Notes under the pieces: model-generated
Databases searched by the model: none
Told to the model about the DNA's origin: nothing
Seen by the model: the letters and a program-made list of their open reading frames with translations, nothing else
Origin: Octopus sinensis
Taxonomy: Eukaryota
Assembly: GCF_006345805.1 (NCBI RefSeq)
Contig: NC_043015.1
Location: 8,680,001 to 8,744,000 of the forward strand
Reading direction: 5' to 3'
DNA length: 64,000 nt
Program-made: the position numbers and the translations under genes
Shown: piece by piece, positions 12,472 through 25,526 of the stretch
Numbering within the stretch: position 1 is the first letter of the stretch
Layout of the letters: every line of letters begins with the position of its first letter

Positions 12472-13412
12472 CGTTTTGAACATACACGGTATTGAACATT
12501 TCACGACCTAAAATCTGTGCTGGATACGCTCACTATCCAAACACATGACAGAAACCGATAGAATGTGTTCAAAGTGCATCCGAGCAACTGGCCTTATCAG
12601 ATTTATAAAAATTCAAGCTTGACATAATAGAATTAAAATATATTTCACAGTCATACACGTTTCCCGTTTTTTTCTGCTGTTCACGACGACCATTCACTCA
12701 CGCAGTATTGAAGGAATAGTCTTTTAGTTGCATAAATTCACTAATTTCGAAGTTTGTTCTCAAATCATGGGCACGTTTTTTAGGTACACCTCACTTCGAG
12801 ACGATCTTGAAAAACAAGAACTAAAAGGAAGCCGCAGCACATAAATACGCACACGCTCACACTCTCATATATGCATAGGCATTACTGCATACACAGACAC
12901 ACACATGGGTGTGTATGAGTGTGTTCGCCCGACATTCGTAAATTGACATCGGTTTCTGTTCCCTTTGTCATATAAAACTCATCCGTCGTTCAGATTAGTT
13001 GTACTTGATCACTAATTAACCAGTATTGAGCATAATTGTACAAACGATTCGTGGACGTTTTTCTACTTACAGAAGATTCATTTTGCTTACCAAGTAATTA
13101 AATATATTATATTGAGCTTAAATACAAAATCAAATCAGTGAACTTTTGTTAAGCACTACTTTATGTCCCCTTATACCGTTAATTAATCTCATTAATGTTA
13201 TCCAATTTCTTTGTTTACAGCCTAATTTTCACACGGGTTCAGTATATTGTATTATGAACAAATAATGAAATGAACAAATATATATATGAACAATGAAATT
13301 TGGTACGAATTTGAACAACTTGAAGTGAGGTCGAATTCATCTGATCTATGTGAAAAGTTTTGTTTGTTGTTTTCGAGTTGTCACCACCAAGTATTTTTTC
13401 TTATATATATAT

Positions 13413-13510
<98 letters not shown>

Positions 13511-13700
13511 TAATTTATTCTCTTATTTACTACTATATTTCAGATATAAGTAGGGTATATTTCAAGGCGTAATTGTTGATATTTGTAGCAGTTATATCGA
13601 CCAATGATCATTCTAGTTTCGTTTAATTTTCACTTTTAATTAGTTTTATGATTACCTAAAATCTTGCTAAATGAACTATATAATTGAAACGTATCTCAAC

Positions 13701-13910
13701 GCTAACTGGCAGAGCCGTTAGCACACCGGGCGAAATGGTTAGCCATATTTCCTCTGCCGTTGCGTTCTGAGTTCAAATTCCGCCGAGGTTGACTTTGCCT
13801 TTCGTCCTTTCGGGGTCGATAAATTAAGTACCAGTTACGCACTGGGGTCTATGTAATCGACTTAATCCGTTTGTCTATCCTTGTTTGTCCCCTTGTGGGT
13901 AATAAAGAAA
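13701..13910 (+). mobile_element. SINE family A
   Basis: Same head, central domain and tail as 205-433. Confidence 0.85.
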
Positions 13911-13912
13911 TA

Positions 13913-14096
13913 GGTATTTCGTCTGCCGTTACGTTCCGAGTTCCAATTCCGCTGAGATCGACTTTGCCTTTCATCCTTTCGTGGTCGATAAACTAAGTAT
14001 CCATTACGCACTGAGGTCGATGTAATCACTTAATCCCTTTTTGTCCCCTCTATGTTTAGCCCCTTGTGGACAATAAAGAAATAAGAAATAAGAAAC
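13913..14096 (+). mobile_element. SINE family A, 5'-truncated tandem copy
   Basis: Starts directly after the previous tail at GGTATTTCGTCTGCCG; ends in (AAGAAAT) repeats. Confidence 0.85.
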
Positions 14097-15478
14097 TAAA
14101 AATGATGTCTATGTTTCTTATCTTGAGTGGGTTATCACTGAATAGGTTTTTCAGATGCTGATAACTATTTTCCACTCTCAGATACGCCAAATATTAATGA
14201 AATAGAGTGACCGAAACTTCGGTACTGTCAGAAATAAACTTTCGAAAATGGGATCTTTTCTGGAAAATGATTGTTCATAAGGCTGCTGCAGTAGGATAAT
14301 CTTAGTGTTAATAACTAATTGCACAAATATAATAGCGTGTCCAAATGTTAATTATGCCCGTGAACGCTTAATATCTTGGCACCTCAGGCAACGTATACAG
14401 TTGGCAGTTAAAAGGTTCCGACGAGCAGAGGAATGAATAGTTAGTACTCGAATATATGGTACATTATATGCAAATAAACATATTGCGTACATGCATTTTA
14501 TTTGGTAAAGTGTTTTATAGATAATCATTCGGAATGTAAATAATGGGAAAATATCCTTTTATTTGAGGAATACATTGCCAAAATTATCTGTATATTTGAA
14601 TAATAAAGGTAGCTGAACTATGGCAAAAGTAAAATGCAGAAGATATATATAACGAGAATATGATCACATATTGTCAGTGTTCAAATATAACATGCTATTA
14701 TGCGGAATATATAAAACTTCAAGACTGTTTCTTTTTGTTGAATTTATATAAGTACGCAGACAGCTGCTAGTGAGTCATTTACAAGATGAGTGTTGACCCC
14801 ATAAACCGGCAAGTATCCGAATATCGGACATTTTCTAGCTTGCGGGATCATCAGGAGAAAATGCCCCCTATATAGGAGAATTCCCTATGAAGGCATTATT
14901 GCACAAGAAGCTCCATTCACAGATATTACACTCCACTTACTAAATGATCTTCAATCAAAATCCTTCTAACCATTGGGCATCGTTTCTTTGTTAACGAAAT
15001 CCAGGGGTTTGCCTTCTCCTCTGTAGCCTGGATATCATTCAAGATGATATTTACGTTTACTTAGGCTTAACCTCAGCAACCATCACCACATACTGTCCCT
15101 AAGTATCCTTCCTATATATCCAACTCCGCTTAGATGATACTCTGCCTTCGAGCATGTCTCATCACATTGCTCAAATAGATGACAATAATTTTCACTGTTC
15201 CGACTTCGAGTAACATTCGTGTTAATTTCATGTGAAATTGTCAACGTGTCCACATGTACAAATGTCTTTATCTAACACTATGATAATATTTGGTTTCATC
15301 GAAACTACAGCTGCGCAAAAATGCTTGGCACTGAGGCAAATATGCAGCCATCTCCAAACAGATATTCCACACACACACACAACACATATGCACGGACGCA
15401 AGCGCACGCGAACACACACACATAGACATAGACATATAACTGAGATGTATATAAAATATACGTGTTTGAGTTTGTGTT

Positions 15479-15520
<42 letters not shown>

Positions 15521-15596
15521 TTTTTACTTTCAATTTGTTTTATGATTACCTAAAATCTTGCTAAATTAACTAAATAATTGAAACGTATCTCAACGA

Positions 15597-15822
15597 TAAC
15601 TGGCAGAAACGTTAGCACGTCGGGTGAAATGCGTAACCGTATTTCGTCTGTCGTTACGTTCTGAGTTCAAATTCCGCCGAGGTCGACTTTGCCTTTCATC
15701 ATTTCGGGGTCGATAAATTAAGTACCAGTTACGCACTGGGGTCGATGTAATCGACTTAATCCCTCTGTCTGTCCTTGTTTGTCCCCCCCTCTGTTTAGCC
15801 CCTTGCGAGTAGTAAGGAAATA
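15597..15822 (+). mobile_element. SINE family A
   Basis: Family match; shares ~80 bp of 5' flank with the 13701 copy. Confidence 0.85.
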
Positions 15823-17619
15823 TAATATATATATATATATATATATAATATATAATTATACATATATATATATATATAATATTTTTATATTTAAAAAAAA
15901 TGTTTTTATAAATATTACCTCTAACTATCCTTAATTATTATGCCCCATATAAACCACACTTCATTCTTAGATACTAAATTTAAATATTCCTAATTCTAAG
16001 ATCTTTCATCTTGTACCTGTCATGCTCCAGCATGGCCACTGTCAAATAACTGAGACAATTAAAATAGTATAGGAGTTAAATCGTTAACGAAAATTTTAAG
16101 TTCGTGTGTTACCTTTTGAAGGATTAACGGACTTACGCCCAGATCTGTATATATGTATGTACATATTTGGCATATTTCTTGATATATATGAAATACCGTG
16201 AAATATGTTAAAATAATATGTAGTTAGCTTTCTAAGAAACATATCAATTGGAAGACTTAATTCTGCCAACGCGTATATGGTATATGTGCTACGCAAATAA
16301 ATATGTCACATATTATTCTACATGACCATTCACAGAAAGTTATATAATTATAATTTCGAAATAATTTATAAAGGACAACATTTAGAAAATAGTAATTAAA
16401 GTTTGCTCATCACCCAAAAGCTAAATTTCTATCAAAATATAAATAGACTTCGCTTAAATTATACTAATATTTATGCAATGGCTGTAAATGGCTTACATTT
16501 TCACAATCTAAAATTATGAGTAATTAATAAAACGCCCTTCTACTCTGCCCCTAGCCATCAGTTTATCTGTCTGTCTGTCCCTCTCTAAAATTCACCTTCC
16601 TTCACAGTATATGCATACATGCACACAAACATACATACGCACACGTATATACAGATAGCGAGAGAGATGAGAGAATGAGAGTTGGAGTGAGACACGTACA
16701 GATACAAGATGATAAGCTTTGATTCTTGAAAATCCATATATATTCATACACACGCATACATATTCATGCACACACATATAGACTCGCACATAGCCACACA
16801 CACTCACATATATACGCATCTCTCTATATCTCTGGTGTATATATATATACACCTATATTTCCCAAGTTATATTTATACCGCGCTCACACACACACCCACA
16901 CATATACATATATATGTATTGAACTATGTACTTAGTCGACCGGTTTCGCTTATACTAATCCTACATAGTTTGTGATAATGTTATATTTTCATGCTATTGA
17001 TATATATTTATTCCATGATATCCAGATTGAAGAACGTTAGTTTGCAAATAAATCGGCAATAAAGTTTTACGGGAGAAATTCGGTGTATAGTCCTAGTTGC
17101 AGGGGAGATAATTAACCGTTTATTTTATTCTTAAGTATTATTCTTTTCAAATGAGAATTTATAATGTGCACAACTATATAGAGTAAACACTAATGCCTCT
17201 CAGACGGGGAACAACACAATACAGGAAACAAATTCATAGCCTCAGATATATACAAATAATTTTAAGTGGGCACATAAACAAATGTGCAATACATCTCTAA
17301 CTAAACATCAAAAGTTTCCCAGTAGTTCAATGTAATAGATTAATATGCAACTTCTGTGCCACAGAGTATAAATAAAACGACTACATTCATTGAAACGTAT
17401 CATCCACCCACGTATATAAAGAAATATTTTGCTGGATAAGTATACATGATTTTAAGCAACATACAAGAAAAAGCAATTACCTCCTCTGATTCTAATAGTA
17501 ACGATTAATGGTTGCCTCCCCTAAAAATTATTAACCTCTTAATTCCTTTACAAAGTATTCTTTCTCTTGCTAACTTAGTATTATAAATCATATTATGATA
17601 ACATGAAATTATGACATTC

Positions 17620-18110
17620 TATATAACCAAATTGAAACCGACGTCTATTAAAACCCAGACACGAAGCAATAGATACTATTTAATTCATGCCACACGAAAA
17701 TAGATTATGTTGTTCAATTCAGCGAAAAGGATTTGCACAAATGTGTCTGATAAAAATAACAGAAACGTACGACGTTATGATTCAATAAGCCAAAATTGTC
17801 CAGAGACATTTTCATACTTCACTAATACATCATTATGGTAAAGCGTGCGAAGAGATTTCATATCAAAACACCAAGGGGAGTAAAAGGAAATAAGTCACCC
17901 GACGTAAAATTATCATGTACATCCCGACGCACAACCCTAGTATTAATGAAGCATATAACAACATTATTCACATTTACCTTTGCTGAAGAGGGACACTCAG
18001 ATGAATCAAATTCCCTGTACATTCAAATTCAAGATGACGAGACAAATACATAGAGCAAGCAAGAATGCCTCAGCGATAGAGCACACTGCATAAGGAACAA
18101 ATTCGTTTCG
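17620..18110 (+). pseudogene. Penelope-like element, RT C-terminal/linker relic
   Basis: Frameshift-tolerant translation: IETDVY.KP.DTKQ..LFNSCH...KRICTNVSDKNNRNVR...KRAK...THNPSINEAYN...RDTQMNQI, matching the Penelope pattern TDIYYKPTD..QYL.F.SCHP / THNP. Confidence 0.6.
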
Positions 18111-18261
18111 CAAGATATAGACAAATATCATTAAGCGAAGACATTGAGACTTTTGCAGGGAATCTCCAATCAAACTTCAAGATTTTCCTTATATATCTAT
18201 GCAAACGAACAACATTGTTTACAGAAAGAGACGGAATTTACTGAAAAATATCAGCAGCATA

Positions 18262-18705
18262 TATTCTTTTACTTGTTTCAGTCATTTGACTGCGGCCATG
18301 CTGGAGTACCGCCTTTGGTGGAGCATATCGCCCCCAGGACTTATTCTTGATAATCTAGTTTTTTTTCTATCGGTCACTTATGAGGAACCGCTACGTTACG
18401 GGGAAGTAAACACACCAGCATCGGTTATCAAGCAATGTTGTGAGAACCAAACAGAGACACAGAAAACATACACACACACACAGATGTACGTCAGGTTTCT
18501 TTCAGTTTCCGTCTGCAAAATCCACTCATAGTTGTTGGTCGGATCGGAGCGATAGTAGAAGGCACTCGCGTAATGTGCCACGCAGTGGGACTGAACCCGG
18601 AAGCAATCTTCTTAACATTGGGAAGCAATCTTCTTAACATAGAGCCACTCATGCGCCTATCACACAGCCTCACCTGCGCGTGCCACACAGCCGCACCTGC
18701 ATGTG
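18262..18705 (-). mobile_element. SINE family B, near full length; head carries short tandem duplications
   Basis: Tail, internal (CA)n, CORE and head present; GAAGCAATCTTCTTAACAT is duplicated at 18600-18640. Confidence 0.85.
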
Positions 18706-18749
18706 TATTTGCATATGATAGTACAATTAATTTGGACTAGGTAAATATT

Positions 18750-18799
<50 letters not shown>

Positions 18800-18810
18800 C
18801 ACACACACAT

Positions 18811-18842
<32 letters not shown>

Positions 18843-19157
18843 TATCTACATATCCATTTAGTACTAAAAAGGGGTGATAATCGCCCTTATTTATTATATC
18901 TGTCCCTGATTACCTCCACTACATTTAGTTTACTTACAGGTACTTTTAAGAAACTATGTTTCCTCCTACTACTTTGGGCAAAAAACTTCTTATGATAACA
19001 TTAAGTTATTACATTATCATTAATTTCTTAGTCATTCGCAGCAGATGATAAATGACACTTCCTTTGATAAATGTATATATTTACCAACATAATTTCTGTG
19101 CATTTTCTCTCTTTTCTATTTCTTATTACAATACATCACGTGGTATATTTTCTTGAA

Positions 19158-19298
19158 TGTGGCTGTGTGGTAAGTAGCTTGCTCACCAACCACCTGGTTC
19201 CGGGTTCAGTCGAACTGCGTGGAGGCTTCTACTATAGCTTGGGCCGACCAAAGCCCTGTGAGTAGATTTGGTAAGCGGAAGCTGAAAGAAGCCTGTCG
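19158..19298 (+). mobile_element. SINE family B head and CORE, ending at (TA)n
   Basis: GGCTGTGTGGTAAGTAGCTTG...GGTTCCGGGTTCAGTC...GAAAGAAGCCTGTCG followed by (TA)n. Confidence 0.85.
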
Positions 19299-19335
<37 letters not shown>

Positions 19336-19429
19336 ATATATATATATATATATATATGTATATGCTTGAGTGTCTGTGAAGCCAACCGCGGGTGCAGTTC
19401 TCCGTGGTTGTAGCAAATATTCGAATGAC

Positions 19430-19745
19430 AGTAAAAAGCAGAGAATTTTCTTACTTGATGCTCCTGGTGGCACACATAAAACATTTGTTACGTTCCTTAT
19501 TTCCAAAGTTAGATAACAAAAAAGAATTGCAGGTGCTGTACCATTGTCTGCCTTTGATGCCACCATTCGCACAGGAGGAAGAACAGCTAATTTTTTTTTA
19601 ATTACCACTAAACCTGGTCACAAATGACAGTTCAATTTGTAACATAAATAAAGATTCAGGTTCGCCAGAAGTGTTGTGGCAATGCCACCTTATAATTTGG
19701 GATGAATATACCATGTCACATAGTGGTGCAAAGTACTTATGGGAT
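19430..19745 (+). pseudogene. Helitron PIF1-type helicase relic (Walker A region)
   Basis: Translation: FLLDAPGGTHKTF (DAPGGTGKT) ... GGRTA ... LPLNLVTNDSSICNINKDSGSPEVLWQCHLIIWDEYTMSH (LIVWDECTMAH motif). Confidence 0.85.
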
Positions 19746-19840
19746 GAGATGCATTAGATTTATCAGATGATATGTATCGCGAGTAAAGGAATTTTGTTAA
19801 CATCTTCGTTCGACTCCATTTTTCATTTATTCATATATAT

Positions 19841-19884
<44 letters not shown>

Positions 19885-20101
19885 TGGCAGAAACGTTAGC
19901 ACGCCGGGTGAAATGCTCAGCAGTATTTCATCTGTCGCTACGTTCGTAGTTCCAATTCCGCAGAGGTCGACTTTGCCTTTCGACCTTTCGGAGTCGATTA
20001 AATAATTACCAGTTACACACTGGGGTCGATATAATCGATTTAATCCGTTTGTCTGGCCTTGCATGTCCCCTGTGTGTAGCCTCTTGTGGGTAGTAAAGAA
20101 A
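19885..20101 (+). mobile_element. SINE family A followed by (GATA)n (20107-20263)
   Basis: Family match. Confidence 0.85.
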
Positions 20102-20106
20102 TACAT

Positions 20107-20171
<65 letters not shown>

Positions 20172-20174
20172 TAA

Positions 20175-20263
<89 letters not shown>

Positions 20264-20795
20264 CAAGTTATTCATAAACTTAAATCAGTCATTGTACATG
20301 TGTGCTAAAGTAGGTCTCCGTATATGTGTGGGGATTGTTTCGCATAAATCTTTGTCTCTTCTTTTGTTGAAGTAAAGGTAACACAAGTAAGCACATCAAA
20401 GATATGCGTCAAGAATAGATATTACATAAAGGTGTGCTTTAATGCGTTTTGTATTTTGCAGGAAACTCTTCAACGTTCGTCTATTTTCAAAAGTGCATAT
20501 CACCTCGATCATATTGCAATGTACACGAATATACCAACCTATATTCTGTGTATCAAACATTTGTTTGCTTTCCCTGATTTCTTGTTCACTTTTACGAAAT
20601 CTAACTCTGTAAGACATTTACAGTTTTCTATACGTATACAATTAAAAGCAATATTGAACTAAATCTTTCACTTCATGTATTATATATATGTGTATATGGT
20701 GTGTATGCATATATATATATATACCTATATTTTATATATATATATACATATATATGTATATATATGTACATATATATATGCAGAAATATATATAT

Positions 20796-20846
<51 letters not shown>

Positions 20847-20862
20847 ATAATATATATATAAT

Positions 20863-20899
<37 letters not shown>

Positions 20900-21007
20900 G
20901 CATTGTTATAGTTCTTAATGGCCATTTCTATGGCAAATATACGGAGGTGCTATTTCGTTAATATTCGTTAATTACATTATTTTTTTTACTGTACTTATTT
21001 GTTTATT

Positions 21008-21058
21008 GGTTGTCTTAAGTATTTCGTCACACATTCTGTGACCTCTTCAGAGACTATC
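21008..21058 (-). ncRNA. hammerhead-ribozyme-like motif (type I), decayed
   Basis: Minus strand gatagtct CTGAAGA G GTCACA gaatg TGTGAC GAAA TACT TA agacaacc: core boxes present, perfect 6-bp stem II, 4-bp stem I plus 2 more pairs; stem III defective. Confidence 0.45.
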
Positions 21059-21238
21059 ATTCCCATGTGTCTCCTCCTGTACTGTTTAGTCCATTCTGTC
21101 TTTATGTGGTATGTATTCTTATCCATGAATGCGTTTGCGTCTGTAACTGCGTGTGTGTGTTTGTGTGTGTATGTATATATATATATATATATATATAATA
21201 TAATATATATATATATATACACACACACAACCACACAC

Positions 21239-21300
<62 letters not shown>

Positions 21301-22033
21301 CGTATACATATACAGACACACATACATACATATATATGGTCAATAATTTCGATATTACTTCACACCTTGAAATGTCGTATCACATTCGAAATTGCTACAT
21401 TTAGACTATACTGGTTGCTATTATAATAATGAGTTGGAAATATTCATTCATTTGTAGCATGATTTCCATAATTATAATGTCAAATCTATTGAAATCTAAT
21501 TATGATACATTTATGTTAAATGTTTATTTTTATTCAGTTTTACGCAATGATTTCCTTTGTAAACTTGTTCAGCCTGAGTTGTTTCCTGGCTAGATGAGTT
21601 TTTCCGACATATATCAAAACTGTGAACGAATCTCCTGTTCAGAACTTTGCACAAAAAAATGTGAATACCGTTTAACATTTTTTTTTTTTTGTAAATTCAT
21701 GTCAAGATCTTCAGGAAGTTGCACAAAGGCGCTGAAATTTGAGAATTTCTTTTTCCGTATAATGAAGCAATGGATCTCATGAAGAGGACGTGTCATAATT
21801 CAATAGATGCTATTTTGTCGAAATCTCGTCATCCTATTACATGGAAAATATATATATTAATAATACTATTTTCAATCGAACTGACATATGTAAACCATAA
21901 TAGCCTGAGCGATAATAAAACACTGTCACGTTTCACTGGAATTTCCATTAAGCCGTGATTTACTGCAAATATAGGATTTAATTACATTTTCAAGCAAAAG
22001 AAAACGAAACGAACTATTTAACGGGCTTTATTC

Positions 22034-22089
<56 letters not shown>

Positions 22090-22691
22090 CACATACACAC
22101 ACATAGTCACATACATACACACACACAAATAATAAATGAATGTCTTATGAGACGATAACTCAAGGATTCGCCCATATGGTTCATGCAGTTCTTCGAAATA
22201 TCTGTCCCTCTTATATCACATCCAACTTAATTCCGAATAATCGCAAACATTTTTATGTGTGGATACACATGACATTAAACATCGATCGTATCTACGTAAT
22301 GTCAAGGAACAGCACAAAATCTTTGCTGAATATTATTTGCTAACGCTAGGAAATAAAACATAATTTATTGCACCAAAAATATAATTGAAAATAAGGATCA
22401 TATCGTTCCAGTTGTTTTATTAATTATAGATGTGAATTTTAGAGAAGTTAAAATCAACTCGAAGCGCATCTCTATAGGGGAAGCCGAAAATACAATTAAT
22501 ATTATGACGTAAAATTATGGCTGGATAATACAAGGCAAAGTAGACTAAATTTATTATTCTATAAAAAACAAAACAAAAAACAAATGTTGCCTTAAATTGC
22601 CTTATATTTTTCTGTTTTGCAAAATCGTATTCTCAAAATCCACCTAATTAGTAATTTGAAACATACAATCATATATACAGAAAAGCATAAA

Positions 22692-22783
22692 ATCTAATAT
22701 ACAACGAGATAAAACAATTATACATTCGCTTTCATATAAATATATATAAATGTATAATTGTTTTATCTCGTTGTATATTAGAT
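22692..22783. repeat. hairpin, 35-bp perfect arms
   Basis: ATCTAATATACAACGAGATAAAACAATTATACATT and its exact reverse complement, 22-nt spacer. Confidence 0.9.
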
Positions 22784-22790
22784 GACATAC

Positions 22791-23027
22791 CATTACACTC
22801 ACGCAAATAGACTCATACGCTACATATATTTATACACACATATACACAGAGAGGCACAAACCCACATACACACGCATACACTTAGCCTCACCACGTACAC
22901 ATACTCACTCATAATGATATATATATATGAGGCTAAGTGTTTGCGTGTGTATGTGGGTTTGTGCCTCTCTGTGTATATGTGTGTATAAATATATGTAGCG
23001 TATGAGTCTATTTGCGTGAGTATAATG
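22791..23027. repeat. hairpin, ~100-bp arms, ~37-nt spacer
   Basis: CATTACACTCACGCAAATAG...CTTAGCCTCA mirrored with about 2 mismatches. Confidence 0.9.
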
Positions 23028-23346
23028 CTATGTCATGTGTAGACTACCACATAAAGAAGACGACACGTGCAGTCATTACATAAAGCATAAATGTGAAAAC
23101 ATTCTAAAGTTTGAATAAGCATTGTTCTATAATCAAAGAGTACCGAGACATTTACATACCGATTCTGTAGAATAATAGATAGAATTGAAATAATCCACAT
23201 TCCCTTGAATCAAAATACGCTGTTGAATGGCAAGGAAGAATCAATAAAGTATGTCAAGCATTTTAAGATTGAATTACACTTAATTTCTCCGTGGAAGATA
23301 ACATAGGATGCTTACCTTGTAGATCGAAGAATGCCTTTACATGCAT

Positions 23347-23390
<44 letters not shown>

Positions 23391-23447
23391 CTCACACACA
23401 CACACACACACACGCACACATATATATATATGTACACATACATATGT

Positions 23448-23490
<43 letters not shown>

Positions 23491-23561
23491 TTATATATAG
23501 TATGTATATATAATATATATGTATATATATATATATATGTATATATATATTTATATATATA

Positions 23562-23595
<34 letters not shown>

Positions 23596-23665
23596 CGCAC
23601 AGATACACTCAGACAAAGATACGTGTGTGTGCGTAAACACACACACCACACACACACATATATTT

Positions 23666-23703
<38 letters not shown>

Positions 23704-23754
23704 TATCTGTGTGTCTTCGTGTATGTATATATGTTTTTATGTATTTATGTATGA

Positions 23755-24384
23755 ATAAAAAAACACAGAGATATTGTACCCGCCTCTGTACATATAGTCA
23801 TAGCTATATTAATAGTTTAAGTTTTTAGCGCTATCAGAAACCTTTTTTTTCTCTGTTTATTACCAGGCAGTCGGTGTCGGAGAGTTACAACATTTCGAAG
23901 TAAGTTATTTAGGGTGCTAACATAGAAGTGTGTGGTGAATGACGAAATGTAATTGACGAAAATTAAGAATCAAAGTTAGTACACGGAACAATAAGTAAAG
24001 AAAAAACAAAATTGTTTTTAAAAAGAGGAATACACATGAAGCCTGTATGTAGCCCTTTGTTACAATTACTGCCTAAATCGCTGTAGAACACTCAGTGACT
24101 TACCCGTTGCAGTTCGTCATACACCCAAAGCATTGAAAGTCAGATACCTTCTCCAAGTTTCTTTCGAATTAATTGTGAAAGATAAACACCTATATCTTTT
24201 TAATAAGCTTGTTTTGTTGCCATCTTGTATTGTTTAGAGCACCATATTCAGTTAGATGCATTTTCTATTCTTTTTTCATCTCTGAATAAAAAAAAAGGTT
24301 TCTGGTAGCGCTAAATACTTAAACTATTAATATAGCTATGGCTATATGTACAGAGGCGGGTACAATATCTCGGTGTTTTTTTAT
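23755..24384. repeat. ~96-bp inverted repeats enclosing ~437 bp
   Basis: AAACACAGAGATATTGTACCCGCCTCTGTACATATAG...AGAAACCTTTTTT vs its reverse complement at 24288-24384, about 4 mismatches; no TSD seen. Confidence 0.85.
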
Positions 24385-24811
24385 GTAAAAGATATTTGAG
24401 TAACTTTATTTATGATTTGCTAGTATCATTCTCGAAAATTTGCCTCCAAATTCCTCTTGCTATTCTACGTTACACTAATGAGGTCACTCTTCTTTTTTCT
24501 TTTGTTTTCCTTTCACAAATTTCTATTTTGCCTGGGGTTATTCTAACATACCCTATTATCTTTTTCCTAAATAAGAGGAGGTAATCTAACAAAGCCCAAT
24601 TCTTTTTCTCCAAAAACTTAATTCTGTGAATCTGTAGTTTTCATCCTCTGAACAGTCTTCGATTTATTCAGTCTGGTTCTGCTCCGCTGATTGCAGTCAC
24701 GGTGTTTTTGACGAAATACCTTCGTAGATAATATCCTTTTCTGTTATCTTCTAGTACATCCATTGACGTGTTTAAGAAAACAATTCTGGAGTTGATTCTT
24801 AAGTTCGTGTT

Positions 24812-25212
24812 ATAGGTTGTGTGGAAAGTGTTTTGCTTACCAACCTCATGGTTCCGGGTTCAGCCCCACTGCGTGGCACCTTTGGCAAGTGTCTTCTCCT
24901 ATAGCCTCTAGCAGACCAAAGCCTTGTGAGTGGATTTGGTAGACGGAAACTGAAAGAAGCCCGTCGTATATATGTATATATATATATATATATGCGTATG
25001 TGTGTATTATATATGTTTGTGTCTGTGTTTGTTCCCCCACGATCGCTTGACAACCGATGCTGGAGTGTTTACGTCCCTGTAAGGTAGCGGTTCGTCCCCC
25101 CAAAAAAGACCGATAGAATATGTCCTAGATTTACAAAGAATAACTCCTGGGGTCGATTTGCTCAAATAAAGACATTGCTCCAGCATGGCCGCTTTCAAAT
25201 GAGAGAATGAGT
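24812..25212 (+). mobile_element. SINE family B, full length
   Basis: Head, CORE, internal (TA)(TG) and tail ...GCTCCAGCATGGCCGC..CAAATGAGAGAATGAGTA. Confidence 0.85.
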
Positions 25213-25241
25213 ATCCGTTAAAGTATTTCCGACATGCAAGA

Positions 25242-25526
25242 TTACTCCAGTTGTAATCTAGTACTGCTAGTGGTGGTCGTGGTGGTGGAAGGGCTCAGCG
25301 TCGACGCCAATGTTGTTGATTCTTGTTGATATTGTTCTGCTTTGTCCCTGTGATGGTGATGCGTTTGTTGCCGCATATATTGCACATGCCGTGTTTTTAT
25401 CGATGTTGTTGTTGTTATTGTTGTTGTTTCTCCTGTTGCTGTCACTGATTGTTTTACAAATTTGCTGACCTCATCTGTAGATGGATGGCTGTTCCTTTCA
25501 GCGGACGAACAATCCTCGTCCGTCAT
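25242..25526 (-). CDS. candidate first coding exon of an unidentified host gene (Thr/Gln/His-rich N-terminus)
   Basis: ORF MTDEDCSSAERNSHPSTDEVSK...RLQLE is not a pure microsatellite; start context AAAAAATG; polypyrimidine acceptor TCTTCTCCGCCTGTTTCCTTTAG ending at 25580; possible donor GA|GTAATC (GT at 25245-25244) overlapping the stop codon. No homology recognised. Confidence 0.35.
   Translation of the reverse strand: MTDEDCSSAERNSHPSTDEVSKFVKQSVTATGETTTITTTTSIKTRHVQYMRQQTHHHHRDKAEQYQQESTTLASTLSPSTTTTTTSSTRLQLE

Noticed and set aside
16096-16296. 66-aa minus-strand ORF in non-repetitive sequence
   Set aside because: No motif and no convincing splice sites.
20463-20608. Plus-strand AG...GT bounded open segment (AMYTNIP resembles Penelope SLYTNIP)
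   Set aside because: Only a 5-residue resemblance; I cannot distinguish exon, relic or chance.
21594-21860. Possible MULE transposase relic (CHNSIDAILSKSRHPITWK)
   Set aside because: A single weak motif with no catalytic residues seen.
24688-24735. Hammerhead-like CTGATTGCA-GTCA..TGAC-GAAATAC
   Set aside because: The core box is wrong, U16.1 is missing and there is no stem I.
24400-24790. Possible RTE LINE C-terminal relic on the minus strand
   Set aside because: The motifs are too degraded to support a call.
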